Shown here one piece after another: positions 9,622-21,060 of a stretch of 64,000 bases of DNA. The position numbers were made by a program, and so were the translations under genes. The stretch is from contig CAVYNY010000035.1 in assembly GCA_963769935.1 (NCBI GenBank), positions 147,676-211,675 of the forward strand. Direction: 5' to 3'. How positions within the stretch are numbered: position 1 is the first letter of the stretch; every line of letters begins with the position of its first letter. Source of the stretch: an uncultured delta proteobacterium. GTDB lineage: Bacteria > Desulfobacterota > Desulfobacteria > Desulfobacterales > JAFDCJ01. The notes beneath the pieces are model-generated. The model was not told the DNA's origin. It was given only the letters and a program-made list of their open reading frames with translations, and searched no databases.

Positions 9622-9754
9622 AACGTTGGTTCCAAAACAACTTATGAAAATTTAATCGAGACTTGAGATTTGATCGTGCTTAATCTGTGATATCCCTCTG
9701 TCAGATCGAAAAACCGCCCATCTCAAAAACCTGCGATAATTCTGACGTCTTGTA

Positions 9755-9836
9755 GATTGAGATTGAGGATTTACACGAAGTTAATCTTTATCTGCACCTA
9801 AATTTTTTTGAACCCGCAGTCCATTGCTGAGATCAA
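9755..9836. repeat. Dispersed ~80-bp repeat, copy 2
   Basis: Aligns by eye with 6180-6261. Confidence 0.75.
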
Positions 9837-9970
9837 AGGTTTACCAAATCGCAAAAAGTACCAGATATCAACGCGGGGTTCATCTGAGAATAGAATTCGG
9901 TTCAGCTTCAGCACGGAAGGCGCGATCTGAGAACGTCGATACAGCAAATAATCAAGCCCTGTCAAGTCAT

Positions 9971-10212
9971 TTAGATGTAGGCCGCCACATCAACCAGGTC
10001 GGCCATGGTGTTGAAGGCCTTGAACGCTTCCAGAAAATCGCGGCCGGAAAATCGCTCCGTCGCCCCGTCGACCCGCTCCACGCCCGGCATGTGCAGCACG
10101 CGATCAGCGGAAGAGGCCGTGGTGAAGCGCACCTGCAGTAAGGCCGGGCCGTCAATGCGAAACGGCCGCCATCCAGCGGCCCTTGGCATCGCTCGTTTGG
10201 CGCCTTCTATCC
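9971..10212 (-). pseudogene. 3' fragment of an M55 (DppA-type) D-aminopeptidase
   Basis: IEGAKRAM...PFRIDGPALLQVRFTTASSADRVLHMPGVERVDG...DFLEAFKAF resembles the M55 C-terminus; the N-terminal metal-binding part is absent. Confidence 0.55.
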
Positions 10213-10272
10213 AGTCTGGGGTGCCCATGGGTTTATAGAACGCAGACGAAGCCGGGCAGAATGCATAGGGGC

Positions 10273-10893
10273 CTATTTTGCTGTGTCGCCGTGAGGTTTG
10301 TAAAAAACATGCTCGCCGACCTCGACCGTCTTGATGTATTCCGCGGACCAACTGGGGGTTGCTTCGCGCTGGTGGAAATACAATGCGCCACCGGTTCGGT
10401 CCGTTAGTTGCCGGTTGAGAGCTTTTCGAGCTATTTCCTTGGCGATCGCGTATGATTTATCCTCCTCTGCGTCATCCGAACGGCCATCGCACCACCACGA
10501 GAACTGGCAGGCACCCTGCTCGCTGCCTTGCCTGACAACTTCACAAATCGTGTTTGGAAAGCCCTCATGGCCTAGCCGGTTCATAACAACATTGGCGACT
10601 GCTTCCATGCCGGCAGCCCCCTCGCCCCTGGCCTCCCAATAGATGGTGCGTGAAAGACAAGTAATCGCATCGCTCAAGGGCTCTTCGCCGACCGGATCGA
10701 CCGCCTGCGCTTCAGGCTTCGTGATGATCTCGGATGGAGAAGGGAGCGCTTTGCTGCCCCCGGCCGCTGCGTTCTTCTCTAGTACCCCAGCTTTGCTCTC
10801 AGCGGTTTCCGCCTTCTGGTCCCGGTCAGCCGCGATCGCCTGGCCCACGAGAAGGATTGTCGCAAAGCAGGTCGCAATCCATATCCGGCGCAT
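10273..10893 (-). CDS. Secreted cell wall hydrolase (SleB/Hydrolase_2 family)
   Basis: Signal peptide MRRIWIATCFATILL; CLSRTIYWEARGEG...VANVVMNR...FPNTICEVV...CQFSW...GALYFH...HVFY. Confidence 0.9.
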   Translation of the reverse strand: MRRIWIATCFATILLVGQAIAADRDQKAETAESKAGVLEKNAAAGGSKALPSPSEIITKPEAQAVDPVGEEPLSDAITCLSRTIYWEARGEGAAGMEAVANVVMNRLGHEGFPNTICEVVRQGSEQGACQFSWWCDGRSDDAEEDKSYAIAKEIARKALNRQLTDRTGGALYFHQREATPSWSAEYIKTVEVGEHVFYKPHGDTAK

Positions 10894-11234
10894 GGTCGAA
10901 CCTCCTGGATGAATCAAACATGGCCCCCCGCCCGCACGATATGTCCGACGGGTCATTTCCGCCGGACAAGCAATTATACGGGACTGGATATCATCACCTC
11001 CGTAATGTTATTCGTTAAAGTACGCGATTTCGTGGCACAATAAAGATACATTTAATTCGTGGTTATTTGTGTCCCTTCGTGGCCAACTCATATTTTAAAA
11101 GACTAAAATCATATCCGGAATCTAATTAACTTGTGTTGCAGGGCTAAAATCGCATAAAATATTGCATTGGACTTAAGCTGTTCCGACGAAAACCCGTGTC
11201 AACGTTAATGTATACTATGGAAAAGATTGAAAAG

Positions 11235-11318
11235 GCAAAGTATAATCAGTTGCTGCGCATCGAAGAGGCGCTGGAAACTTCGGCAAAATTTGCAGGAATA
11301 AGGGCATTTAAACAATAA
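11235..11318 (+). pseudogene. eno: Extreme 3' remnant of enolase
   Basis: [27 protein letters not shown] is the conserved enolase C-terminus; upstream sequence is unrelated. Confidence 0.8.
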
Positions 11319-11338
11319 AAATGGAGGGAACGAATCCG

Positions 11339-12088
11339 ATGCATAAACTCGTTCTACTGAGACATGGTGAAAGCACCTGGAACAAGGAAAACCTCTTTAC
11401 GGGTTGGACGGACGTGGACCTTTCAGATAAGGGCGTCGAAGAGGCCATGGAAGGAGGTCTGGTGCTCAAAGAGCAGGGATATACCTTTGATATCGCCTTC
11501 ACCTCTGTTTTGAAGCGGGCGATACGAACCCTTTGGTTCGTCCTGGACGAATTGGATCTCGTGTGGATTCCTGTGGTGCGGGACTGGCGCCTGAACGAAC
11601 GACACTACGGCGCTCTGCAAGGTCTCAACAAAGCTCAAACGGCCGAGAAGTATGGAGACAAACAGGTCCATATTTGGAGGCGAAGCTACGACATCCGTCC
11701 CCCGGCCTTGGAGGAAACCGACCCCCGGAATCCGGCGAAGGATTTGCGTTATAAGGAATTGAAGAAAGAGCAGGTTCCGCTCACAGAATGCCTGAAGGAC
11801 ACAGTGGCACGCTTTCTTCCGTGCTGGCATGAAGTGATTGCGCCTGCCGTCCGCTCCGGGAAAAAAGTCCTCATCGCCGCCCACGGCAACAGCCTGCGGG
11901 CGCTTGTAAAGTATCTCGACAACATACCTGACGATGTGATCCCGGGAGTCAATATTCCTACGGGGATGCCTCTGGTCTACGAGTTGAAAGACGATCTAAA
12001 GCCGATACGGAACTATTATCTTGGCGATCCTGAAAAGGTTAAAAAGGCCATGCAGGCGGTGGCGAACCAGGCCAAAGTCAAGAAGTAG
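11339..12088 (+). CDS. gpmA: 2,3-bisphosphoglycerate-dependent phosphoglycerate mutase
   Basis: [48 protein letters not shown]. Confidence 0.97.
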   Translation: MHKLVLLRHGESTWNKENLFTGWTDVDLSDKGVEEAMEGGLVLKEQGYTFDIAFTSVLKRAIRTLWFVLDELDLVWIPVVRDWRLNERHYGALQGLNKAQTAEKYGDKQVHIWRRSYDIRPPALEETDPRNPAKDLRYKELKKEQVPLTECLKDTVARFLPCWHEVIAPAVRSGKKVLIAAHGNSLRALVKYLDNIPDDVIPGVNIPTGMPLVYELKDDLKPIRNYYLGDPEKVKKAMQAVANQAKVKK

Positions 12089-12338
12089 AACCGCAAGAAA
12101 AATTTGCAGATTCGGTAAATGCACTCGAGCGGGCTCTGGATGCGGTTCAAACCTTAGGTTCAATGGCTGAAAAAAAGACCTTATATTGTGGCCTTAGCTA
12201 TTCCGTGATAGGGTGCATTAAGATTTCAACCCACTCCGGATTCCGTCCTGACTTAACACCGCATTCCGGCAGGCAATTTTTTGTATCGGGCCAATACGAC
12301 CGCTGCCACCAATATCTTTTTTCAAAAGGAGGCGCCAC

Positions 12339-13985
12339 ATGAGTCTTCCTGACCGCAACAATCCATATTCCTTTGACGCATTTCTCAATCTACTTCACAG
12401 CTTCGATTTTTACGCCGATGATCCTTTTCTGCAAAAGAGTTTAAACTATTTTGCAGGCGATGAGTTTGTCGAGCTGGATCGCAAGCTGCGGGAGTTCTCA
12501 CCCAAGGTTTCCTTCCGTTGGCGGCCCTTGGCCGATAGCGGCGGTCATCCGAACAAACTGCCGCAGGTAGTGCATTACAATGCTTACAACCGCCGCATTG
12601 ACCGCATTGTTCGTCCAGCTGAAACGCTGCAACTGGAGCAGGAGATTTTCGCGGAAGGCCTTTTTTCGTCCAAGGTAACGGCCTGGGAGAACCTGGCTAA
12701 GCGGTATTTATTGCACCAGCTGGGTGAATTTGGGGTGATGTGTCCTGTCACCTGCACGGAAGGATTGGTGGCTCTGATCAAACAATTTCCCGAAGACCAC
12801 ATCCCCGAAGTCAAAGCCATGCTGGAGCATTGTACGCAGGGGGTTGACGGAGATTTCGGCATCGGCGCCCAGTTCATGTCCGAGATTCAGGGGGGCTCGG
12901 ACATCCCGGCCAACCTTTTGGAGGCCGTTCCGGAAAATGACCACTTTCGGCTGTATGGCGCCAAGTTTTTCACCTCGGCAATCCACGCCGACTACGCCGT
13001 AGTTACAGCGAAGATCTCCGGCAGCGAGGATGTCGGTACCTTCGTGGTTCCGGCCTGGATGCCGGGCAACAAGGACAAGGAAATCCGCAATAACTTCTGC
13101 GTCAACCGCATCAAGTGGAAGATGGGCACGGCCGAGGTGCCGACCGCCGAGTTGGATTACGAAGGCGCTGTTTGCTACGCTGTCGGTCCAACGAATCGGG
13201 GGGTTGCCAACGCGGTTGGCATTGTCCTGAGCCTGTCGCGCATTTCAGTCGGCATCAACAGCGCCGCAAGCATGACCCGTGCCGCTCGTGAGGCCCAACT
13301 CTATGCGGAGTTTCGGGACGTATTCGGTGCAAAGATCGGTGAATGGGCCCTGGCCAACCAGCAAATTCGTGATTTGGTGCACGAGGCGCAACGCTGTCTG
13401 GCAGGGCTGTGCAAAATTTATGCTCTGTTTCAGGACCTGGGTGGACGTCTGCAGCCCGGCCTGGCCTCGGATGAACCGCTGGAGATAAGGCGCAGGCGTT
13501 TCCTGCTGCGGGAGTTGGTCATCATTCAGAAACTGGTAACTGCCTATGATGCGGTAGATGTGCTCCGCAAGGGTATCAGCATTTTTGGTGGTCACGGGGT
13601 AATCGAAGATTTCTGCTCGCTGCCACGCATATTCCGCGATGCAGCAGTTAATGAGTTGTGGGAAGGACCCCGGAACGTTCTCTTAATGCAGGTGTTTCGA
13701 GATCTGGGACGGGCGGCGGAATTTTATCCTCACGACCGATTTTGGGGCGATCTTCTTGCAGGCGCTGTAGAGGCTGAGATAGCAGATTTAAGTCGTCGCG
13801 CCTTGGAATTCTCAGATAATCCACCATTTCAAAAATTGGATCAAGCGTCCCGCTGTCGGGCGGCAGCCTGGGAGGAGTTCATTGTGGATGTGTTTCGGAT
13901 TTACCAGGAGACAGCCCTGCGGGAAGTGGGGCCTGAGCCCATAATAGGATCAGGCAAAATGAGGATGCCGGAAATTTGGCGGTAG
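12339..13985 (+). CDS. Acyl-CoA dehydrogenase family protein (AidB-like)
   Basis: AQFMSEIQGGSD, LYGAKFFTS, RIKWKMGT, FGGHGVIED, LWEGPRNV. Confidence 0.88.
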   Translation: MSLPDRNNPYSFDAFLNLLHSFDFYADDPFLQKSLNYFAGDEFVELDRKLREFSPKVSFRWRPLADSGGHPNKLPQVVHYNAYNRRIDRIVRPAETLQLEQEIFAEGLFSSKVTAWENLAKRYLLHQLGEFGVMCPVTCTEGLVALIKQFPEDHIPEVKAMLEHCTQGVDGDFGIGAQFMSEIQGGSDIPANLLEAVPENDHFRLYGAKFFTSAIHADYAVVTAKISGSEDVGTFVVPAWMPGNKDKEIRNNFCVNRIKWKMGTAEVPTAELDYEGAVCYAVGPTNRGVANAVGIVLSLSRISVGINSAASMTRAAREAQLYAEFRDVFGAKIGEWALANQQIRDLVHEAQRCLAGLCKIYALFQDLGGRLQPGLASDEPLEIRRRRFLLRELVIIQKLVTAYDAVDVLRKGISIFGGHGVIEDFCSLPRIFRDAAVNELWEGPRNVLLMQVFRDLGRAAEFYPHDRFWGDLLAGAVEAEIADLSRRALEFSDNPPFQKLDQASRCRAAAWEEFIVDVFRIYQETALREVGPEPIIGSGKMRMPEIWR

Positions 13986-14145
13986 CCCCTTGAGAGCGGG
14001 AGGAGTCTATTTTTAAATTGAAAATGCAGACAATTTTCGTATAGAGTAGGGGAAAACATTTTCGTCCGAACATTATCAGTCCCCCTATTTTATAAAAAAG
14101 ACTGAGCCTAGCTAAACCACAAATTAGAGGATCTGAAGCAAAGCA

Positions 14146-15651
14146 ATGAACGATAAGAAAAATCCCTATGAAGACCGGGCCCAACGCATGGTCGAGCGCT
14201 GGGCTGGAAAACGCATTGAAGCCAATCGAAGCCATCCCTCCGTGGAAAACATTCACCAGCGAAACGTCCCGCACCCGTTTATAGATCGGGACACCGATCA
14301 AATTGTTGAACCGCAAAGAAATATTCCAGTCCTCGATGAATGTGATGTGCTCGTAATCGGAGGAGGTCCCGCCGGTCTATCGGCGGCCTTATCCGCCAGG
14401 CGCGCCGGTGCAGATACGATTTTATTGGAGCGATACGGGTGCTTTGGCGGTGTCATCACCACCGTGGGAATGGAAACCATTGCCTGGTATCGTTATGAAG
14501 GCACTGTAGATTCCGAAGGCATCGGAGTCGAAATGGAAAAATTGGCGGCCAAAATGGGCGGTACCATTAAATGGCCGTATAACGACAGTGAATGCCTCGA
14601 CGCCGATTTTTTTAAAATCGTCGCGGACCATCTCGTGACAGAAGCCAAGGTGCGCCCCTACCTGCATTCTCTTGCCACAGAAGTCATCATGGCCGGCAAT
14701 GTGATTAAAGGGGTAATCACGGAAAGCAAATCGGGACGATATGCCATTCTGGCGCAGCGCGTTATCGATTGTACCGGTGATGCCGATATCGCCCATCTGG
14801 CCGGCGCGCCCTATCGCAAAACGCCGAAAGAAGAGATGATGGGAGTAACCACCGTTTTCAATTGTGCGGGCGTCAACAAAGAAAAATTTTTGCGATACAC
14901 CCGGGAGAATCCCGCCACATATGCCGATTGGGGGCAAACCTGGGATCAGGAAACCACGGGCAAAGAAGACGATTTGCGGACCCCGTATCTCGGAAAGGAA
15001 TTTGTTAAAGCCAAAGAGATGGGCATTATGCCGAAAACCCTCGATACCATCAGCGGCTCGTGGTCGGCCCTCAGCGACGCCGGCGAAGCAACGAATCTCA
15101 ACCTCGTCCATATGAAGGGCATCGACTGCACCGATGTAAAGGATCTAACGAAAGCCGAAATGCAGGGAAGAAGAGAAACCCTGTATGCGTTGGAAGCGTT
15201 GAAGGCGGTGGTCCCGGGTTTTGAAAACGCCAAACTTCGCAATTTCGGGATGACCTTGGGTGGTCGGGATTCCCGCAAAATTATCGGCCGGTATTCATTA
15301 ACAGAAAACGATGTTAAAAACCAAGCGCGTTTCAAAGACTCGGTCGGCATCTTTCCCGAGTTTTTAGACGGCTACAATGTGCTTATCTTACCCACCACAG
15401 GACGTTACTTTCAGGTGCCTTATGGCTGCCTGGTGCCCCAAGCGGTTGAAAATTTACTCGTGGCCGGTCGATGTGTGGCCGGCGATAAAATCTCCCATTG
15501 CGCCATGCGAAATATGATGGCATGTACGGTAACCGGGCAAGGCGCCGGTGCGGCCGCGGCGGTATCGCTGCAGGCAGGAAAAACGACCGGTACGGTAAAC
15601 ATCACCAAGGTGCAGGAGGAATTGGAACGGCAAGGGGTTCGAATTCGGTAG
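14146..15651 (+). CDS. FAD-dependent oxidoreductase
   Basis: DVLVIGGGPAG, IDCTGDAD, VPYGCLVP...NLLVAGRC, GQGAGAAAA. Confidence 0.88.
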   Translation: MNDKKNPYEDRAQRMVERWAGKRIEANRSHPSVENIHQRNVPHPFIDRDTDQIVEPQRNIPVLDECDVLVIGGGPAGLSAALSARRAGADTILLERYGCFGGVITTVGMETIAWYRYEGTVDSEGIGVEMEKLAAKMGGTIKWPYNDSECLDADFFKIVADHLVTEAKVRPYLHSLATEVIMAGNVIKGVITESKSGRYAILAQRVIDCTGDADIAHLAGAPYRKTPKEEMMGVTTVFNCAGVNKEKFLRYTRENPATYADWGQTWDQETTGKEDDLRTPYLGKEFVKAKEMGIMPKTLDTISGSWSALSDAGEATNLNLVHMKGIDCTDVKDLTKAEMQGRRETLYALEALKAVVPGFENAKLRNFGMTLGGRDSRKIIGRYSLTENDVKNQARFKDSVGIFPEFLDGYNVLILPTTGRYFQVPYGCLVPQAVENLLVAGRCVAGDKISHCAMRNMMACTVTGQGAGAAAAVSLQAGKTTGTVNITKVQEELERQGVRIR

Positions 15652-15798
15652 CGAGCGTCCATATAAGGCAAATTGAAATCGGCTTGTTGATATTTTTACG
15701 ATGAACGCCTCTGCTCAACCATTATAGCCGTATATTTCAGATTTGGGATGGTGAAGCAGGCATCGGAAAAATACAAAATGTTGATGAGAGGAAAAATC

Positions 15799-16500
15799 TC
15801 AATTAAAAAATACCTCTACGATACTGAAATCATCGTCAAATGTTACATTTTGGGATAATTGCTGTGTATAATTCAAAAGACCGTCCAAATAAGAGTGATC
15901 TGAAGAGGAAGGTTGCGTCATAAACTCCAAAAACTCGTTGTATCCCCAGATTGATCCATCACCTTTTGTAATATCGAAAACCCCGTCAGAAAAAATGAAT
16001 AAACGTGCGGGGCTCTGAATCTCCTGGATCCTGCTTTGATAAATGGTGTCCGGTCGGCCTCCTATAATAAAGTTGGGAGTCCTCAGCTGTTTTATTTGAG
16101 CATTATCCAAAGAAAAACCGGAAAATAATAGCGCCGGAGGGTGGCCGCCGCTGGCATATGTTAATTGGCGAGAAGATGAGCTATAAACACCATACCAAAT
16201 CGTAAAAAACATATCATTTTTCTGATCTGTGACATCTCTGGCAACTTCAACGGCACCCATGATTTTTCCTTCTGCATCCCTGATGGCTGCTGAACTGATT
16301 TCGACCAATGAGATACCGCCATCCGGCAGTGGAATATCTCTGATTCCTCTTCTTTCTCTGCCGTCCTGGAGAACGTCGAGTACCATGCAGTCACCACAGG
16401 GCTCTTTTCGATTGCGGTAGGCCGCATAGCAATGCTCACCAATTTTTGAACCGAATAATTGAACAATGGTTTTATTTTGATATTGGAAAGATTTTGACAC
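15799..16500 (-). pseudogene. PAS fragment fused to the C-terminal half of a PP2C/SpoIIE phosphatase (deletion chimera)
   Basis: The PAS ending ...GAVEVARDVTDQK joins directly to NDMFFTIWYGVY...YASGGHPP...FSDGV...DDDFS. The N-terminal PP2C motifs (GGD, DVSGHG) are missing. Confidence 0.7.
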
Positions 16501-16597
16501 ATCGGCAGGATTCAGCTAAACATATTGTTTTATATTTTCGACTTTCGTCAAATTAGCGTTTTACACCAACAAACAACAGGCAAGGAAATCATACTTC

Positions 16598-19500
16598 ATG
16601 TCATCCATTGTGCAACATGCCCCGCGGTTCAGCGCCGAAGACGCCGTCCGGGTTGCCGAAGAATTATTTGGAATCGATGTTACTGCCGGCCGGCTGCCCA
16701 GTGAGCGGGATCAAAATTTTCATCTGGCTGCCTCCGGCGGGCCGGAATATGTGCTCAAACTGGCCAACTCCACCGAACTGCCGGAAGTGCTCGATTTCCA
16801 GAATAAGGCCATGCTGCACATTGCCGCCCAGCGGGATTTATTCGACCCGATCACATCGGTTGTGCCCGTCGTGTGCGCGACAAAAAAAGGCGAGCAGATT
16901 ACTTCAATCCAGGGCCCCGACGGGACCCGTCATTTTGTGCGCCTGTTAACCTACCTGCCGGGCCGGCCGCTGGCGCTCGTTCGGCCCCATGATGCCCATT
17001 TATTGGCCAGCCTGGGAAGATTCTTCGGCAATATCGATCGTGCCCTGCAGGATTTTGACCATGCGGCCGCCCATCGCGATTTTCACTGGGATCTTAAAAA
17101 TGCCGGCCGCATAATACCGCGCTACCTTGATCTCATCGGAAGTCCGGCCGACCGGGATCTGGTCAAGGGTCTGTACGAGCGCTATCAGACGGCCGTCGAA
17201 CCACAGCTGCCGGATCTGCGGCGCGGGGTGATTCACAGCGATGCCAATGACTACAACGTGCTGGTGGAAGCGGACGGCAAATGGCAGCATCAGGTGACCG
17301 GCGTGATCGATTTCGGTGATATGGTTTACACCCAGACCGTCAATGAAGTCGCGATTGCCTGTGCCTATGCCATGCTGGACAAGGCCGATCCCCTGGCGGC
17401 CGCCAAATCAATTGTCGGCGGCTACCATCAAGTTTATCCGCTGGCCGAACCGGAACTGGCGGTTTTATTTGATTTGATCCGCATGCGCCTGTGCATGAGT
17501 GTCTGCCATTGCGCCCATCAATCCCACCAGGAACCGGAGAATCAATACCTGCGCATTTCGGAAAAGCCGGCCTGGGCCCTTCTTCGGAGGTTGGCGGACA
17601 TTCATCCGCGCCTGGCCGGCTATATGTTTCGTAATGCCTGCGGTTTGCCGCCGGTGCCGCAGCATGGTAGGATCGTTGCCTGGCTGAAAAAAGATCCCCT
17701 GCGCTGCGGCAAAGTTGTCGATGAAGACCTGCGAGCTGAAAAACAGCTGGTGCTGGATCTGAGTGTGGGCAGTCTGCTGTTGGGCGGCGACGGCCACGGC
17801 GCCGACATGGCGGCTGTTACGGATAAACTCTTCGGCCAAATGCGGGTCGCCCATGCCGCTGTCGGCATCGGACGCTACAATGAGGCCAGGCTGGTTTATA
17901 CGACCGAGCAGTTCAAAACCCAGACCGACGAAATAGCGGAACATCGGACGATCCATCTGGGAATTGATCTATACAAGCGCAGCGGCGAGCCGGTTTATGC
18001 CCCCTTCGACGGCAGCGTCCACAGCATCCAAAATAATACGGCGCCGCTTGACTACGGGCCCACCATTATTCTTGAGCACCAAACCGACGAGGACGATCGC
18101 TTTTATACCCTTTACGGCCATCTGAGTCCGGATTCGCTGAATGGGCTTGAAATCGGTCTGCCGATTGAAAAGGGTCGGCAAATCGCCCGGATCGGGGAGC
18201 CGAAGAGCAACGGGGGATGGCCGCCGCATCTGCATTTTCAGATTATACTGGACATGCTGGATGAGAACGGCAATTTCCCCGGCGTCGCCCGGCCGAGTGA
18301 ACGTGATATCTGGCTGGGCATCTCCCCCGATCCCAATCTCGTGCTGGGCATTCCAGAAAGCTGTTTTCCCTCCGGCGGCCGGAGCAATGCTGAAATTCTA
18401 ACACTGCGCCGCCGGATGCTGGGCCGCAACCTGAGCATCTCCTATAAAAATCCCTTAAAGATCGTAAGGGGCCGGGGACAGTATCTTTACACCGAAGACG
18501 GCTGGACATATCTGGATGGTGTCAATAATGTGTGCCATGTGGGTCACTGTCATCCCCATGTCGTCCGGGCGGCTCAGCTCCAGATGCCGGTTCTCAACAC
18601 CAATACGCGCTATCTGCACGACACCATTATCGAATATGCCCGTCGTCTGCTGGCAAAATTCCCGCAACCATTGGAGGTTTGCTATTTTGTCTGTTCCGGC
18701 AGCGAAGCCAATGAGCTGGCGCTGCGCCTGGCCCGCACCTATACCGGACGGCAGGACATTATCATGGTGGACGGCGCCTACCACGGTAACACCCAGGCTT
18801 TGATCGATATCAGTCCTTACAAGCATGATGGTTCCGGGGGGCGCGGGGCTCCGGCCTGGGCGCACAAAGTCCCCAGTCCCGACGGCTACCGGGGACCCCA
18901 CAAGGGCCGCGGCCCGGAGACCGGTATCCGCTATGCGGCCTATGTCAACGATGCGGTTCAACGGAGTCGGGTCGCGGGGCCGGGGCCGGCCGCCTTTATT
19001 TGTGAGAGTATGCTGGGCTGTGCCGGTCAGGTGGTGCTGCCGGACAACTACCTGGCTGAAGCATTCAAGCCTGTGCGGGCAGCGGGCGGGGTTTGCATCG
19101 TCGATGAGGTGCAGGTGGGTTTCGGGCGTGCCGGCACTCATTTCTGGGCCTTTGAAACCCAGGCCGTGGTGCCCGATATCGTGACGCTGGGCAAGCCGAT
19201 GGGCAACGGACATCCGCTGGCGGCCGTCATTACGACGACTGCCATTGCCGATGCCTTTGACAACGGTATGGAGTATTTTAATACTTTCGGCGGCAATCCG
19301 GTATCCTGTGCCGTCGGTATGGCCGTGCTGGACGTCATTGAAAATGAAGGATTGCAGCAAAATGCCTGCCGGGCCGGCAAGCGTCTGCTGAGCGGCCTGC
19401 GGGAATTGAAGCAAAAATATCCGCTCATCGGTGATGTGCGCGGTTTGGGTCTGTATGTCGGCGTTGAACTGGTTGTAAACCGCGGGACGTTGGATCCCGC

Positions 19501-19684
19501 TGCCGAACAGGCCGACTATATTATCAATCGCATGCGCGACCACGGCATATTGATCAGCACCGACGGTCCGCTGGAGAATGTGCTGAAAATAAAACCCCCG
19601 CTCGTTTTCAGTGAGCAAAACGCGGATGAGATTGTCGCCACGCTGGATAAAGTGCTGGGGGAGGACTGTCTGAAGGTCTGTTGA
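16598..19684 (+). CDS. Three-domain fusion: APH-like kinase, M23-like domain, class III aminotransferase (hydroxylysine kinase/phospho-lyase-like)
   Basis: [22 protein letters not shown] (kinase); HLGID...YGHL...PHLHFQ (M23-like); [33 protein letters not shown] (aminotransferase III). Confidence 0.92.
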   Translation: MSSIVQHAPRFSAEDAVRVAEELFGIDVTAGRLPSERDQNFHLAASGGPEYVLKLANSTELPEVLDFQNKAMLHIAAQRDLFDPITSVVPVVCATKKGEQITSIQGPDGTRHFVRLLTYLPGRPLALVRPHDAHLLASLGRFFGNIDRALQDFDHAAAHRDFHWDLKNAGRIIPRYLDLIGSPADRDLVKGLYERYQTAVEPQLPDLRRGVIHSDANDYNVLVEADGKWQHQVTGVIDFGDMVYTQTVNEVAIACAYAMLDKADPLAAAKSIVGGYHQVYPLAEPELAVLFDLIRMRLCMSVCHCAHQSHQEPENQYLRISEKPAWALLRRLADIHPRLAGYMFRNACGLPPVPQHGRIVAWLKKDPLRCGKVVDEDLRAEKQLVLDLSVGSLLLGGDGHGADMAAVTDKLFGQMRVAHAAVGIGRYNEARLVYTTEQFKTQTDEIAEHRTIHLGIDLYKRSGEPVYAPFDGSVHSIQNNTAPLDYGPTIILEHQTDEDDRFYTLYGHLSPDSLNGLEIGLPIEKGRQIARIGEPKSNGGWPPHLHFQIILDMLDENGNFPGVARPSERDIWLGISPDPNLVLGIPESCFPSGGRSNAEILTLRRRMLGRNLSISYKNPLKIVRGRGQYLYTEDGWTYLDGVNNVCHVGHCHPHVVRAAQLQMPVLNTNTRYLHDTIIEYARRLLAKFPQPLEVCYFVCSGSEANELALRLARTYTGRQDIIMVDGAYHGNTQALIDISPYKHDGSGGRGAPAWAHKVPSPDGYRGPHKGRGPETGIRYAAYVNDAVQRSRVAGPGPAAFICESMLGCAGQVVLPDNYLAEAFKPVRAAGGVCIVDEVQVGFGRAGTHFWAFETQAVVPDIVTLGKPMGNGHPLAAVITTTAIADAFDNGMEYFNTFGGNPVSCAVGMAVLDVIENEGLQQNACRAGKRLLSGLRELKQKYPLIGDVRGLGLYVGVELVVNRGTLDPAAEQADYIINRMRDHGILISTDGPLENVLKIKPPLVFSEQNADEIVATLDKVLGEDCLKVC

Positions 19685-19758
19685 TTTGGCGTATAGGTTA
19701 TAGGCTTAATTATGATTAATTAGTCCTTTTTGGGTTCCGGCACAGCCGGCTCAGGTCT

Positions 19759-20197
19759 ATGCAAAATCAAATAAAATTGATGTCCAGGACGTTTTTGGGC
19801 TTGTGGATTTTTCTGACAGCCGTGATTCTGGGCAACGGCTCCTGGGCAGCTGATGTCGCGGTAATCAGGGTCAAATATCGCTGGGCGTCGGAGATGCTGC
19901 CGATTGTGCAGAGCATGCGCTCACCGCGAGGTTGAAACCGGTTTTGAGGTTACACCGATCGTCGCCGGTGAAAATGTACATCTGCGGATCGTGCCCAGGA
20001 TCGCCTACGGTGACCGGAACGATGCAATTATCCGCTTTTTCGGTGCGCAGACTGAATTAACCGTGCCTTTTGGGCGCTGGGTGGAAATCGGCGGGTCAAA
20101 TACGCACAGCAATGAGGTCATCGAAGAAATCCTTTCCCGGGGCAGCGAAAGCAGACGCAGTTCGATGACCATGTCGCTGATGGTGGAAAAGCCCTGA
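19759..20197 (+). pseudogene. Secretin-N/NolW-like exported protein with a large internal deletion
   Basis: Signal peptide plus VAVIRVKYRWASEMLPIVQSMRSPRG* in one frame; REVETGFEVTP...GRWVEIGG in another frame from ~19925. Confidence 0.55.
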
Positions 20198-20204
20198 TGG
20201 TACA

Positions 20205-20675
20205 GGGTTCGGCCCAGCCGCCGGCCACAAGCGTTCAGTCTGTTCAGATAAAAAACTTTATAATTGGAAAGAAAAAGAGGAATGGATTCTTATTTTAAAG
20301 AATATAATTGGACAGGATCAACAGGATCGTTAGGATAATGCGGCCTTCGGCCGAAAAGCCTTTCGCCGCAGGCGAAAAAATTCCTGATAATCCTGTCTAA
20401 ATGAAAATAAAAATCGAATCCATTCCACATACCTTCATTGAAGTTTCACACGAGCACCGCCGCTGGTCGCGAGCGTCCAGTCTAATCGATAAAAGAAACT
20501 TTTAGGAACTCGGACACAGTTGGATTTAATATCACGCCCACTTTCAGGCTTCGCTCTTCGAGCTACGACCCGACAAGCCGTTAGAGCTCACAGAGACCGC
20601 GGAGAACATTTTTCTTTCGCCGCAGGCGGCTGTAACCCCAAACCTCTGTGATCTCTGAGCGCTCTGTGTGAGATG
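20205..20675. repeat. Cluster of short palindromic or tandem intergenic repeats
   Basis: CCCAGCCGCCGGCC, ACAGGATCAACAGGAT...AATCCTGT, TTCGCCGCAGGCG, GCTTCGCTCTTCGAGCTACGAC (also at ~46657), CACAGAG/CTCTGTG. Confidence 0.6.
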
Positions 20676-20699
20676 TAGTTTCATATAAGCGTTCTCTTA

Positions 20700-20996
20700 C
20701 TAACAGTATTTCAAGCCGAATCCAAACGAATATGGGGAGTTGTTTTCGGATAAGTACCGCCGCCATCTGACTTCGGCGAGGCAGGTTGGAACGGTAAAAA
20801 TATCGGGGGCGCCGTTGATATGGAGGCGCAATTTGCGTCCCGGGCGCGGGGCATAAGCCGATTCCAGATAGACGCCATCGGCGCTGTAATTATAGATGAC
20901 GCCATTATAATTGAAGCCGGTTCTAAAATCTTCTATCATAACAGGAGCTTGTACTTCAAATCGCTCGCTGCCGCGCTGGTAGGCCAATGCAATCAT
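20700..20996 (-). CDS. PilZ domain protein
   Basis: QRGSERF (RxxxR) and NYSADG (NxSxxG), AEVRW. Confidence 0.8.
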   Translation of the reverse strand: MIALAYQRGSERFEVQAPVMIEDFRTGFNYNGVIYNYSADGVYLESAYAPRPGRKLRLHINGAPDIFTVPTCLAEVRWRRYLSENNSPYSFGFGLKYC

Positions 20997-21060
20997 TTAA
21001 GGTTTTCCCTTTATTTGATCATCCGGTTGAATCCAAATATTAAGACAGCTTTGCGGCGTG

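Noticed and set aside
18455..19618. Long antisense ORFs (also 29304-30467, 45857-46945, 51406-52476, 53134-54021)
   Set aside because: Shadow frames opposite well-supported GC-rich genes, with no recognisable motifs.
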